51,599 nucleotides of DNA. Source: a bacterium. Its GTDB lineage: Bacteria; Patescibacteriota; Patescibacteriia; Patescibacteriales; GWC2-42-12. Under the pieces are notes generated by a model. The model ran no database searches and was not told where the DNA came from. It saw only the letters and a program-made list of their open reading frames with translations. Below, one piece after another: positions 18,005 to 27,955 of the stretch; position 1 is the stretch's first letter, and each line of letters opens with the position of its first letter. Where the stretch lies: contig JAUSGE010000029.1 in assembly GCA_030649205.1 (NCBI GenBank), positions 1 through 51,599 of the forward strand, in the 5' to 3' direction. The translations under genes and the position numbers were made by a program.

Positions 18005-19318
18005 ATGACAATAAACAATATCAAAACTAATCATAAAATAATACGAGGAGATTCAAGGCGGATGAAAGAATTGGCCAACGATTCTGTCCATTTAGTAATT
18101 ACATCGCCGCCATATTGGCAGCTAAAAGACTATGGTACTGAAAATCAAATTGGTTATCACGATAGTTATGAAAATTACATAAATAATCTAAATTTAGTTT
18201 GGCAAGAATGCTACCGGGTTTTAGAAAATGGCTGCCGTTTATGTATTAATATCGGAGATCAGTTTGCTCGTTCGGTTTATTATGGGCGATATAAGGTTAT
18301 ACCAATAAGAACAGAAATTATTAAATTTTGTGAAACTATTGGTTTTGATTATATGGGATCCATTATTTGGCAAAAATCTACCACCATGAACACGACAGGC
18401 GGAGCAACAATCATGGGATCATTTCCTTATCCTCGAAATGGGATCATTAAACTTGACTATGAATTTATTTTGATATTTAAGAAAAACGGGGAGCCACAAA
18501 AATTAAATAAAGAATTAAAAGAATTATCAAAACTAACCAAGGAAGAATGGAATTTATATTTTCAGGGGCACTGGCATTTTAACGGAGTAAGGCAAGATGA
18601 CCATATTGCAATGTTCCCCGAAGAATTGCCAAAAAGATTGATAAAAATGTTCTCTTTCGTCGGCGATACAATAGTTGATCCATTTGTGGGCAGTGGCACA
18701 ACATTATTGGCTGCAAAAAATTTAAGCCGAAATTCTGTTGGTTATGAAATAAATCCGAAATTTATAAATACAATCAAACAAAAATTAGAAGTTAACACTA
18801 ACAAAATGTTTGATAATTCAACTGCGAACTTTATAGATCAAGGCAATACAAAAAGTGATTACAGCGAAGAAATTTCCAAATTGCTTTATATTTTTAAAGA
18901 CCCTATTAAACTTGATAAAAAAATAGACCTAAAAAAATTACAATTTGGATCGAAAATAGATGATAGCAAGACACAAAGAATAGATTTTTTTACCGTAAAA
19001 GAAATAATAGATCCGAAAACGATTAAATTAAACAACGATTTAGTTGTTAAATTATTGGGTATAAAAATTAATCCTGAAAAAAGCGAGGACGCTAAAAAAT
19101 ATTTATTAAATAAAACCAACAAACAAAAAGTTTTTTTAAAATTTGATAACTTAAAATACGATAAAGAAAACAATTTATTGTGTTATTTATATTTACAAAA
19201 TAAAACTTTTATTAACGCTCATTTAATTAAAGAAGGATATGTTTTTGTCAATAATGAAATGGATTACAAATGTAAAGAAAAATTTATTAATTTATCTCAA
19301 AATAATTATGAAAAATAA
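18005..19318 (+). CDS. Type II DNA methyltransferase (beta-class N4-C/N6-A amino-MTase) fused to a C-terminal staphylococcal-nuclease-like OB domain
   Basis: Motif IV VITSPPYW lies near the N-terminus and motif I FVGSGTTLLAA downstream (PF01555-type order). The C-terminal LLGIKINPEK...CYLYLQNKTFINAHLIKEGYV is SNase-like. The region is clearly more AT-rich than its flanks. Confidence 0.8.
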   Translation: MTINNIKTNHKIIRGDSRRMKELANDSVHLVITSPPYWQLKDYGTENQIGYHDSYENYINNLNLVWQECYRVLENGCRLCINIGDQFARSVYYGRYKVIPIRTEIIKFCETIGFDYMGSIIWQKSTTMNTTGGATIMGSFPYPRNGIIKLDYEFILIFKKNGEPQKLNKELKELSKLTKEEWNLYFQGHWHFNGVRQDDHIAMFPEELPKRLIKMFSFVGDTIVDPFVGSGTTLLAAKNLSRNSVGYEINPKFINTIKQKLEVNTNKMFDNSTANFIDQGNTKSDYSEEISKLLYIFKDPIKLDKKIDLKKLQFGSKIDDSKTQRIDFFTVKEIIDPKTIKLNNDLVVKLLGIKINPEKSEDAKKYLLNKTNKQKVFLKFDNLKYDKENNLLCYLYLQNKTFINAHLIKEGYVFVNNEMDYKCKEKFINLSQNNYEK

Positions 19319-20006
19319 AACATCAAAGAAATTTTCAGCCGATTTCGGCAAAAAGGAAAAGGTGTTAAATTATGCTTGCCAAACTTATCAATTGTCCCGA
19401 CCCAATAAAGTCGGTGCGGTAATGGCATTAATAAGAGAATGCCAACCCAAGACAATAGACGAATGGGAAAAATGGTATTTTGAAAAAGCATTTACTGAAA
19501 GCAAGGAACCCATAAAGGTAACACAAGAAATTTTGAAAGAATTGGGCGAGCGCTTGCATGAAAAAATTACCGAGGTTGTCATACCAGAATGGCAAGCCGC
19601 TTTCATCGAATTATCGCTACAAGATTGCAAAGATTATATTTATAACCTGACAATAAATCGTACTTACGATGGTTTTATTCGTGAAAAATCTGTTGTCAAC
19701 GATGGATTAGCTAAACATTTTCCAGAAGTAAAATTTATTGAAAGCGACAACGACCTTGATCATGCTGGAGATATAGATTATTTAGGATTTGTAGACGAAA
19801 AAGCTTTCGGAATACAAATCAAACCGATTACTGCAAAAGCAAATTTTGGTAATTATTCCGTATCCGAAAGAATGAAAAGGAACTTTCTTGATTTTGAAAA
19901 AAAATATCAAGGCAAGGTATTTATTGTTTTTAGTTTAGACGGAGAGATTGGAAATAAAGAAGTTATAAAGGAGATTGAAACAGAAATAAAGAGACTAAAA
20001 AAATAA
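19308..20006 (+). CDS. Putative type II restriction endonuclease (PD-(D/E)xK-like), translationally coupled to the methyltransferase
   Basis: The ATG at 19308 overlaps the MTase stop (19316-19318) by 11 nt. HAGDIDYLGFVDEKAFGIQIKP fits D-x(n)-(E/Q)-x-K. The track ORF start at 19239 lies inside the MTase gene. Confidence 0.5.
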   Translation: MKNKTSKKFSADFGKKEKVLNYACQTYQLSRPNKVGAVMALIRECQPKTIDEWEKWYFEKAFTESKEPIKVTQEILKELGERLHEKITEVVIPEWQAAFIELSLQDCKDYIYNLTINRTYDGFIREKSVVNDGLAKHFPEVKFIESDNDLDHAGDIDYLGFVDEKAFGIQIKPITAKANFGNYSVSERMKRNFLDFEKKYQGKVFIVFSLDGEIGNKEVIKEIETEIKRLKK

Positions 20007-20013
20007 AGATTAT

Positions 20014-21033
20014 TTACAATTTTGTGACTAATTTAGTTATATCTTTAACACAGTTTATGCGGTAGGCCTCTTTAACCTGTACTCTCTGCCCCAATAAATC
20101 CAAACGACCGGAGGATAGTTTATAAAATGGGCAGCCCCTTGCAAATGCAACCACTCCGGTTGTCTGAAAATCTCTAATGTCAACCACACCATCTTTAAGG
20201 CCATTGAATGTAAATATGGCCCCTTGCGTAGTTAATAAAGATTCTATATCGCCATCAATCGCAGTTAATACGGTGTGATAAGCAGAAGCTGGCCCCATAT
20301 ATTGAGTGAGACGATTTTTTATAATTAAATGTACCTTAGGTAAAGTGCGTTGTGCTTCTTTCAACTTTTCAGCAAAGGCGTATTTTGCATAAATTTCTGA
20401 CGGCAATTTCAGGCCATAGATAAGCGAAAAAACATTTTGAATCGCTCTCCTAGACGAATCATCCGCCATCACCGGCAGAAGTAGCATTTCTGCTGATGAC
20501 AATGCAATTTGAGTATAAATAGAAAAGCTGGGGTTTGTATCAATAAAAATAACGTCGTACTTATCATTTAACGGTTTAATAAAATCGCTAAGCCAATCAA
20601 TGATTGAAATCCATGTGTTGGTGCCAGGAATTTGGTTATTTGCCAAAGTTGATATTGCATTAGCTTGAAGTTCTAATAACGGATCGCCGCACAAAAGATC
20701 AATATTTTTTGGTACCTGATCATTATATTGGAAGGGCTTTGTCAAAAAATCCTGTGGAACAAACGAAGGAGTACTATAAGGAGAAGGTAATCTTATCTGG
20801 AAATATCCACCGATAGTTGCTCTCACGGATTCGCCTTGACGTTTTAATAAATTATCACTACCTCCGTGATGCAATCCGCCTAAAAACAATTCGGAAAGAT
20901 TGGCCTGAGGACAGACATCAATCGATAGAACTCTTTCTTTTGGATGATTATCCGCATAAGTACATATTGTCTGAAAGGCAAGACTTGTTTTGCCCGTTCC
21001 CCCTTTATTATTCCAAAATACATACTTTTTCAT
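20014..21033 (-). CDS. ParA/MinD-superfamily P-loop ATPase (orphan; no ParB partner seen)
   Basis: Deviant Walker A NNKGGTGKTS at residues 8-17. Walker B-like VIFIDTNPS. 339 aa. It converges on the endonuclease gene with an 8-nt gap. Confidence 0.75.
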   Translation of the reverse strand: MKKYVFWNNKGGTGKTSLAFQTICTYADNHPKERVLSIDVCPQANLSELFLGGLHHGGSDNLLKRQGESVRATIGGYFQIRLPSPYSTPSFVPQDFLTKPFQYNDQVPKNIDLLCGDPLLELQANAISTLANNQIPGTNTWISIIDWLSDFIKPLNDKYDVIFIDTNPSFSIYTQIALSSAEMLLLPVMADDSSRRAIQNVFSLIYGLKLPSEIYAKYAFAEKLKEAQRTLPKVHLIIKNRLTQYMGPASAYHTVLTAIDGDIESLLTTQGAIFTFNGLKDGVVDIRDFQTTGVVAFARGCPFYKLSSGRLDLLGQRVQVKEAYRINCVKDITKLVTKL

Positions 21034-21227
21034 AATTTTAAGGTTAATAAATAATATATTGACATTATAGCGTACATTAAAGACGTATGCAAGTCAAAAT
21101 TATCCACAATCAAGTACCTAATAAATTAACAACAAAATAGAGGAAATATGAAGTTTTGTTGCAGTATATAACCTTTTTTTGATAGACCAAAATAAAAGAA
21201 AAAATAAGATTATTTATTAATAAATTT

Positions 21228-21500
21228 ATGTTTAAAAAAAATTTTACAACCGAAGCAGCTAAAAAAATCGGGGATGAGATTGGAATTGATTGGAATCAGA
21301 TGGACATAGAGCAGTTTAAACAGGGTTTGCATGTTGAACTGGAGCATGGCTTGCACGACGGCCAGACTAATGTGACTAACGATGACTTGATTACCACGGG
21401 TAAAATCGCCTGGGCGCATTTAAAAGAGTTCGCGGATTATTATACGCGGCTGAAAAAAATGGAAGACGAAGCCGAAGAATATTGGGAAAATAAAAATTGA
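21228..21500 (+). CDS. Small acidic protein (DUF5661-like from memory)
   Basis: 90-aa ORF. GLHVELEHGLHD...GKIAWAHLKEFADYY. A terminator follows. Confidence 0.5.
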   Translation: MFKKNFTTEAAKKIGDEIGIDWNQMDIEQFKQGLHVELEHGLHDGQTNVTNDDLITTGKIAWAHLKEFADYYTRLKKMEDEAEEYWENKN

Positions 21501-21532
21501 CATCTGCTAAACGCTATGTTAGTATAGACACT

Positions 21533-21568
21533 AAGGCTAGTTGATTAAATTCAAACTAGCCTTTTTTA
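21533..21568 (+). terminator. Rho-independent terminator
   Basis: aaggctagtt-N11-aactagcctt followed by ttttt. Confidence 0.8.
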
Positions 21569-21593
21569 GTAAATAAACTTAAGCAACAATTTT

Positions 21594-22796
21594 ATGTCAG
21601 ATATAACTAATGCTATCAAACAGATTTGCGAAGAAAAAAATTTAAGCTATGAAGCGGTCTTGGAAACCATTGAGTCGGCCCTGGCCGCGGCTTACCGTAA
21701 GGATTTTGGTGAAAAAAATCAGAATATCAAGGTGGAATTTGACCCGGAAACGGCTAAATCCAAGGTTTATGACGTCAAAACCGTGGTGGAGGATATGCCC
21801 GAGGAAGAGGTTGAGGAAGTAGAAAGTGAAAAGTCAAAAATTGAAAGCGAACACGCCTCCGCTGAACCTTCGGCGAGCGAGGAAGAAGTTAGACGCTTCA
21901 ACCCTAAAACCGAATTACAGCTGAAAGATGCTGTGCTAATCAAGAAAATCGCGAAAATAGGCGATATCATAAAAACCAAATTAACCATACCTGACGCTTA
22001 CGGCCGCATGGCCGCGCAAACCGCCAAACAAGTCATTATCCAGAAATTACGCGAAGCTGAACGCGACATGATATTTTCTGAATTTAAAAATAAAGAGCAT
22101 GAAGTCGTGGCCGGTGTAATACAAAGGCGCGAAGGCCGGGTCGTGCTGGTTGATTTGGACAAAGCAGTCGGCATTCTGCCGGCCGAAGAACAAATTATGG
22201 GAGAAAGATACCGTCCGGGCGACCGTGTTAAAGTTTATGTCAAACAGGTAGGCGTAACTCCCCGAGGTCCGGAAATCGTTCTATCCCGCACCTCTGATGA
22301 AATATTAAAAAAAGTTTTTTATTTGGAAATCCCGGAAATTTCCAACGGCCTGGTAGAAATCAAAGCCGTGGCGCGCGAAGCCGGCAACCGCTCCAAGGTG
22401 GCGGTAGAGGCCAAAGGGGAAAACGTTGACCCGATCGGCTCCTGCGTGGGCCAAAGAGGCGCCAGAATCCAAACCATTATCAGCGAATTGGGCGGAGAAA
22501 AAATTGATATTATAGAATACAGCGAGGACGTGGCCAAATTCATCGCCCAGGCATTAGCGCCGGCCAAAGTCTTAAACGTGGAACTAAATGAAGACGGGAC
22601 GAAAGCCGTAGTTAAAGTAGCCGAAGATCAATTATCGCTGGCGATTGGCCGTGAAGGGCAAAACGTCCGCCTGGCCGCGCGCCTGACCGGCTGGAAATTG
22701 GATATTGTGGGAGAAAAAGCGGAAAAGCTGAAAGTTGAAGAAGAAGTTAAGCCGGAAGAGGAGACGGAAAAAACAGAAATTGAAAAAACAGAATAA
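21594..22796 (+). CDS. nusA: Transcription termination/antitermination factor NusA
   Basis: N-terminal NusA domain, an S1-like segment (VVAGVIQRREGRVVLVDL), and KH1/KH2 (GSCVGQRGARIQ, AIGREGQNVRLAARLTGWKLDI). There is an acidic insertion and an acidic tail. Confidence 0.9.
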   Translation: MSDITNAIKQICEEKNLSYEAVLETIESALAAAYRKDFGEKNQNIKVEFDPETAKSKVYDVKTVVEDMPEEEVEEVESEKSKIESEHASAEPSASEEEVRRFNPKTELQLKDAVLIKKIAKIGDIIKTKLTIPDAYGRMAAQTAKQVIIQKLREAERDMIFSEFKNKEHEVVAGVIQRREGRVVLVDLDKAVGILPAEEQIMGERYRPGDRVKVYVKQVGVTPRGPEIVLSRTSDEILKKVFYLEIPEISNGLVEIKAVAREAGNRSKVAVEAKGENVDPIGSCVGQRGARIQTIISELGGEKIDIIEYSEDVAKFIAQALAPAKVLNVELNEDGTKAVVKVAEDQLSLAIGREGQNVRLAARLTGWKLDIVGEKAEKLKVEEEVKPEEETEKTEIEKTE

Positions 22797-22811
22797 AATT
22801 TATTATAATAA

Positions 22812-22991
22812 TGTCATTGCGAGGAGCTGCCTTTAGCCCCGTGCTTGACACGGGGGACGAAGCAATTTCCGGTTAAGAGCCACGTTCGTGAGATTGTCAT
22901 GGCTACGCCAGATCTCGCGTAGCGATTGGCTTCGCTCCTTTCCCGCCTCGGCTTCGCCGTTAGGCGAGACGGGCAGTCGCTCGCAATGACA
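22812..22991. repeat. Composite 180-nt family A palindromic element filling the nusA-hppA spacer
   Basis: It starts with tgtcattgcgag and ends with ctcgcaatgaca. Internal modules are gacgaagcaat and gggcagtcgctcgc. The track ORF 22814..22996 is its translation. Confidence 0.85.
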
Positions 22992-23002
22992 AGCAAAACT
23001 CT

Positions 23003-24994
23003 ATGACCCTAACAACCCTATTCATCATCGGCAGTGCCATTTTAGCCATTGCCTACGGCCTGATTTTAATCAGCCTGGTCATGCGCTTGCCGGCCGGCAA
23101 TGAAAAAATGCAAGCCATTGCCAAAGCTATTCAGGAAGGAGCCAAAGCTTATTTAAACCGCCAGTACAAAACTATCGCCGTCGCGGCCGCGATCATTTTT
23201 TTAATCATAGGTTTAATTCCCAAATTAGGCTGGTCTATGGCCGCGGCTTTTTTGCTGGGCTCGTTTTTGTCGGCCTTAACCGGCTATATCGGTATGAATG
23301 TCTCGGTGCGGGCCAATGTCCGTACTGCTGAAGCTGCCAGAGGCGGACTGGCCAAGGCTTTGAAAGTTGCGGTTCAAGGCGGCAATGTTACCGGCATGCT
23401 GGTGGTCGGCCTGGCGCTCTTGGGCACGGCCGGTTTTTATTTTATTACTCATGACATTCGCGCCTTAATCGGCCTGGGTTTCGGCGGTTCGCTGATTTCC
23501 ATTTTTGCGCGCTTGGGCGGCGGCATTTTTACCAAAGCCGCGGACGTAGGCGCTGATTTAGTGGGCAAAGTTGAGGCCGGCATTCCGGAAGACGACCCGC
23601 GCAACCCGGCCGTAATTGCCGATAACGTGGGCGACAATGTGGGCGACTGCGCCGGCATGGCCGCGGACCTGTTTGAAACTTACGTGGTCACTTGCGTTGC
23701 CACCATAATTTTAGGCACGCTATTATTCTCCGGTTTTCAAAACGCCGTGCTTTATCCTTTGGTCATCGGCGCGGTTTCCATTATAACATCAATTATCGGC
23801 AGTTTCTTTATTAAACTAGGCAAGAGCCAAAACATCATGAACGCCTTATATAAAGGTTTGATTGTGGCCGGAGTTCTGGCCGCGATTGCTTTTTATCCGG
23901 TTACCAGCCGGCTGATGGCGGGCAACGGCTCTTACAGCGTCATCAACTTATATTTAGCCTCGCTCATCGGACTGGCCGTGACCGCGGCCATGGTCGTGAT
24001 CACCGAATACTACACTTCAAAAAGCTACGCGCCGGTAAAGTCAATCGCTGAAGCATCGCGCACCGGCCATGGCACCAACATCATCGCCGGCCTGGCTGTT
24101 TCCATGAAATCCACGGTTTGGCCCATAGTGGCTATCGTAGCCGCGATTTTGGGCGCTTACAGCCTAGCCGGACTTTACGGCGTGGCCGTGGCCGTCATGG
24201 CCATGCTGTCCATGGCCGGCATCATTGTGACCATTGATTCTTACGGCCCGATTACGGATAACGCGGGCGGCATTGCCGAAATGGCGGAAATGGGCGACGA
24301 GGTGCGCGCCGTTACCGACCCGCTGGACGCGGTCGGCAATACCACCAAGGCCGTGACTAAAGGCTATGCCATCGGTTCAGCCGCCTTAGCGGCGCTGGTA
24401 CTGTTCGCCGATTACACGCACAGCCTGCCGGACACTTACCAATTTTTAATCAATGACCCCCGAGTTTTGGCCGGCCTATTTTTAGGCGGACTATTGCCGT
24501 ATTATTTCGGCGCCCTGGCCATGCAAGCCGTGGGCAAAACCGCGGGCGCGGTAGTGGATGAAGTGCGCCGCCAATTTAAGGAAAAGCCCGGCATCATGGC
24601 CGGCACGGACAAACCTGATTACGGCCGCACCGTGGACATTGTTACCAAAGCGGCCATTGCGCAAATGATTGTTCCGGCTTTAATTCCGGTAGCCGCGCCG
24701 ATTTTGGTGGGTTTTATTTTAGGCGTACAAGCCCTGGGCGGCTTATTGGTCGGCTCCATCATCACCGGAATTTTTGTGGCCATTTCCATGACCTCGGGCG
24801 GCGGCGCCTGGGACAACGCTAAAAAATATATTGAAGACGGCAATTTCGGCGGCAAGGGTTCGGACGCGCATAAAGCGGCCGTGACCGGCGACACGGTCGG
24901 CGATCCTTATAAAGATACGGCCGGCCCGGCCATAAACCCGATGATTAAGATCTTAAACATTGTGGCGTTATTGATAGTGGGGTTGCTGGTATAA
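23003..24994 (+). CDS. hppA: Membrane-integral proton/sodium-translocating pyrophosphatase
   Basis: [39 protein letters not shown], a C-terminal [21 protein letters not shown], and about 15 TM helices. Confidence 0.95.
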   Translation: MTLTTLFIIGSAILAIAYGLILISLVMRLPAGNEKMQAIAKAIQEGAKAYLNRQYKTIAVAAAIIFLIIGLIPKLGWSMAAAFLLGSFLSALTGYIGMNVSVRANVRTAEAARGGLAKALKVAVQGGNVTGMLVVGLALLGTAGFYFITHDIRALIGLGFGGSLISIFARLGGGIFTKAADVGADLVGKVEAGIPEDDPRNPAVIADNVGDNVGDCAGMAADLFETYVVTCVATIILGTLLFSGFQNAVLYPLVIGAVSIITSIIGSFFIKLGKSQNIMNALYKGLIVAGVLAAIAFYPVTSRLMAGNGSYSVINLYLASLIGLAVTAAMVVITEYYTSKSYAPVKSIAEASRTGHGTNIIAGLAVSMKSTVWPIVAIVAAILGAYSLAGLYGVAVAVMAMLSMAGIIVTIDSYGPITDNAGGIAEMAEMGDEVRAVTDPLDAVGNTTKAVTKGYAIGSAALAALVLFADYTHSLPDTYQFLINDPRVLAGLFLGGLLPYYFGALAMQAVGKTAGAVVDEVRRQFKEKPGIMAGTDKPDYGRTVDIVTKAAIAQMIVPALIPVAAPILVGFILGVQALGGLLVGSIITGIFVAISMTSGGGAWDNAKKYIEDGNFGGKGSDAHKAAVTGDTVGDPYKDTAGPAINPMIKILNIVALLIVGLLV

Positions 24995-25365
24995 AACCCC
25001 CTTTAACAAAGGGGGTTAGGGGGATTTAATTTAATCCCCCTTGTAAAGGGGGATTAAGGGGGTTTTGTCATTGCGAGCGTTAGCGAAGCAGTCTCCGGTT
25101 TATTTTCGGTATCCTTACCATTACCCGTCATCCCTGCCCGTCTCGCGTCGGCGCGAGCCGAGGCGGGCGAAAGCAGGGATCCAGAAAGAATTGTCATTGC
25201 GAGGAGCGCCTTTAGCCCCCGACCCGATCGGGGGGACGAAGCAATCTCCGGTTAAATGGCATAATGCTCGGCTAGGGAAAATTATTTTTTAAATTTTCTA
25301 CCCGGCTTTAGCCGGAGTTAATCCAGCCTTTTGTCATGCCGGCCTTGAGCCGGCATCCAGGAGGG
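24995..25365. repeat. 370-nt intergenic block built entirely of nested palindromic units (families E, A, B, D)
   Basis: 24995-25065 holds two E units. A units lie at 25066-25098 and 25192-25254. 25127-25190 is a long B hairpin, 25298-25320 is a D unit, and 25331-25365 is gtcatgccggcc/ggccggcat. Confidence 0.85.
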
Positions 25366-25388
25366 AGCGGCAGAAATGAAATTATTGC

Positions 25389-26309
25389 ATGAAACAACAA
25401 AATAAATTTTATCAAAAGAATAACCTAATGTTTTATGCGTTAATAATTTTTATTATTACTTCTCTTTTTATTGGTACGGGAGTTTATCTATGGCAAAATT
25501 CAGTACTTAAGGCGACTAAAATTAATTACAACTCCGAGATAGCTGATCTACAAAACAAAATAACCGGCCTGCAAAAAACAAGCTCCAATGATGACAAGGG
25601 GGCGGAATATCAATTTTCGGAAGTATCTGCTAGCAAGCTCAAAAAGGATAGTGCCGTTTCCTTAACTCCTAACGAAGGATTTTTTATCACTACCTCAATA
25701 TTATCAAATAAAAAGGACAGGATTGTTTATTTGGAAATGAGCAATTCAATAAAGAACATTAAAAATAATTATAACGCTTACTGGGACTACAGTATTTATG
25801 TAAAGAATCTCGCGAATGGGGAAATCAGAAAAATTTATTCCCCGACTACCGGCCTTTGTTCGTCAGTATACTTTCCTATCGCCTGGTCCAGTAATGATGT
25901 AAAAATAATATTAGAGTATGCGCTTCCTCATGATGGGTGCGGATCCGGCGCTGCCCCGTATTATTATACGGCCGCGATTAATCCAAACGACGGCGATCTT
26001 TCCGTTTTAGCCACTGACGATCCCTTATTTATTAATAATTACGAAAGCGTTATATATGTTGAAACGAGCGCAAATTCTCCCGTTGAATGCGGACCTCCGG
26101 GGGATATTAACAGCGGCGCGGTAATTCTTAAAAACATTAATGCAAACAGTGAAAAGATCTTAGCGGAAGAAAAAAATTCAGATTACACAATAGTGAATAT
26201 TGACAGTGAAAATATACTTACTTACACGGTAAAAAAAGTTAAGGAAGCGGACGGCTGTTCTCAACTTGACGAGTCTATACCGGAAAAAACACTGAAAATA
26301 AAAATATAA
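25389..26309 (+). CDS. Hypothetical membrane-anchored extracytoplasmic protein
   Basis: 306-aa ORF with an N-terminal TM helix (MFYALIIFIITSLFIGTGVYLW). The remainder is beta-rich with no recognised motif. Confidence 0.55.
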   Translation: MKQQNKFYQKNNLMFYALIIFIITSLFIGTGVYLWQNSVLKATKINYNSEIADLQNKITGLQKTSSNDDKGAEYQFSEVSASKLKKDSAVSLTPNEGFFITTSILSNKKDRIVYLEMSNSIKNIKNNYNAYWDYSIYVKNLANGEIRKIYSPTTGLCSSVYFPIAWSSNDVKIILEYALPHDGCGSGAAPYYYTAAINPNDGDLSVLATDDPLFINNYESVIYVETSANSPVECGPPGDINSGAVILKNINANSEKILAEEKNSDYTIVNIDSENILTYTVKKVKEADGCSQLDESIPEKTLKIKI

Positions 26310-26310
26310 T

Positions 26311-26595
26311 AATTCCTGCGGCTCACCCCTGGATTGCGGGTCAAGCCCGCAATGACAATATAAAAATACCAAAAATAAGCGTAATATTAAGAATGTAATC
26401 ACTAAATTACGCCAAATAGCGGGAATAACAAATAAAATGATAAAAAAATTAAATCCCCCTAATCCAGACTGTCCGAAAAGTACCGTCATTCCTGCGAAGG
26501 CAGGAATCCAGAAAAAATATTTGGCTAAAATTAAACTATTTCTGGATCCCCGTTTTCACGGGGATGACGAATTTATGAGTTCTCGGACAGTCTGG
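26311..26595. repeat. Palindromic repeat cluster including a ~130-nt composite hairpin
   Basis: 26333-26356 is attgcgggtcaagcccgcaatgac. The outer stems ccagactgtccga (26464-26476) and tcggacagtctgg (26583-26595) enclose two B-type hairpins at 26485-26514 and 26539-26568. Confidence 0.8.
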
Positions 26596-26609
26596 GCAGA
26601 TAAAATAAT

Positions 26610-27902
26610 ATGACCATCACCAAAAAATCCTTAGGCAATTCGCAAGTTGAAATAATCGTGGAGTTAACGGCCGATGAATTTAAGCCGTACACTTTGCGCG
26701 GCGCGGAAAAAGTGTCGCGCGAAGTTAAAATTGAAGGCTTCCGGCCGGGCAAAGTTCCTTACGGCATCTTAAAAGCCAAAATCGGCGAAATGACGATTCT
26801 GGAAGAAGCGGCGCGCATCGCCATTGATAAAACCGCTGACCAGGCGGTTAAAAATAATATTGCTGATCAGCTGGTGGGCCAGCCGCAGATCAGCATCACC
26901 AAATTGGCGCCTGACAACCCGCTGGAATACAAAATCACAGTCACGCTTTTGCCCGATGTAAAATTAGGAAATTACCAAGATTTAAAAATCAAAGAAGCCG
27001 CCGCTGTCGCCACTGACCAGGAAGCGGAAAAATTAATCGCCGAACTGCGCGAGATGCGCGCGCATGAAGAAGCCTCTGACGCTGAAGTTAAAGATAACAA
27101 TCGCGTCATCCTGGACATAGAAATATTTTTGGACAAAGTTCCGGTGCAAGGCGGACAAGGCAAAGATACCTCGGTTTTAATCGGCAAAAATTATGTCATT
27201 CCGGGTTTTGACAAGCAAATACTCGGCTTAAAAAAAGGCGAGACGCGCGACTTTAGCCTGCCTTATCCGGCCGAATATCATGACAAAAATTTAGCCGGCA
27301 AATTGGCTGAATTCAGAGTTAAAATAAAAGGCATTTTTAACCGCGTTCTGCCGGAAGTTAATGACGACTTTGCCAAAGGCTTTGGCTTAAAATCGCCGGC
27401 CGAGCTAAAAAGCAATATTAAAAAAAGCCTGACCGCGGAAAAAGAACAGGCGGAGGCGCGTAAAAGCGAAACTGCCATGCTGGATAAAATAATCAGCGCT
27501 TCAAAATTCGGCGACATTCCGGAAATCTTAATCAAGCATGAGGCTGAAGTCATGATAAGCGAACTGGAGCATAACGTTAAACAACAGGGCGCGAAGTTTG
27601 ATGATTATTTAATTCATCTTAATAAGACGCGGAATCAAATCATGCTGGACATGATGCCGGACGCAGTCAAACGGGTAAAAGTTTCCTTGATTATTAGAGA
27701 GGTGGCCAAGCTGGAAAAAATTTCCGTTGACCATGAAGAAATTCATAAAGTAATTGACGGCCTGGCCAAACAATACCGAGGCAACCAGGCCGTGCTGGAC
27801 AGAATCAACAATCACGCTTATCATGATTACGTGGAAAATAATTTGACCGGAAAAAAAGTCATGGAAAAATTAAGAGAGTGGAATGTTCACCCTGTTAAAT
27901 AG
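26610..27902 (+). CDS. tig: Trigger factor
   Basis: N-terminal ribosome-binding domain with IEGFRPGKVPYGILKAKIG, a central PPIase-like segment (GKNYVIPGFDKQILGLKKGE), and a C-terminal arm domain. Confidence 0.9.
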   Translation: MTITKKSLGNSQVEIIVELTADEFKPYTLRGAEKVSREVKIEGFRPGKVPYGILKAKIGEMTILEEAARIAIDKTADQAVKNNIADQLVGQPQISITKLAPDNPLEYKITVTLLPDVKLGNYQDLKIKEAAAVATDQEAEKLIAELREMRAHEEASDAEVKDNNRVILDIEIFLDKVPVQGGQGKDTSVLIGKNYVIPGFDKQILGLKKGETRDFSLPYPAEYHDKNLAGKLAEFRVKIKGIFNRVLPEVNDDFAKGFGLKSPAELKSNIKKSLTAEKEQAEARKSETAMLDKIISASKFGDIPEILIKHEAEVMISELEHNVKQQGAKFDDYLIHLNKTRNQIMLDMMPDAVKRVKVSLIIREVAKLEKISVDHEEIHKVIDGLAKQYRGNQAVLDRINNHAYHDYVENNLTGKKVMEKLREWNVHPVK

Positions 27903-27955
27903 CGCTTCGCGCTAATTTTGCCTTCAGCAAAATTATTTAACAGGGTAAAAATAAT

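Noticed and set aside
22814-22996. 60-aa minus-strand ORF; likewise 25065..25292 (+), 26178..26489 (-) and 51027..51374 (+)
   Set aside because: Each lies wholly within palindromic repeat clusters. Their peptide sequences recur wherever the repeat recurs, and they have no RBS.
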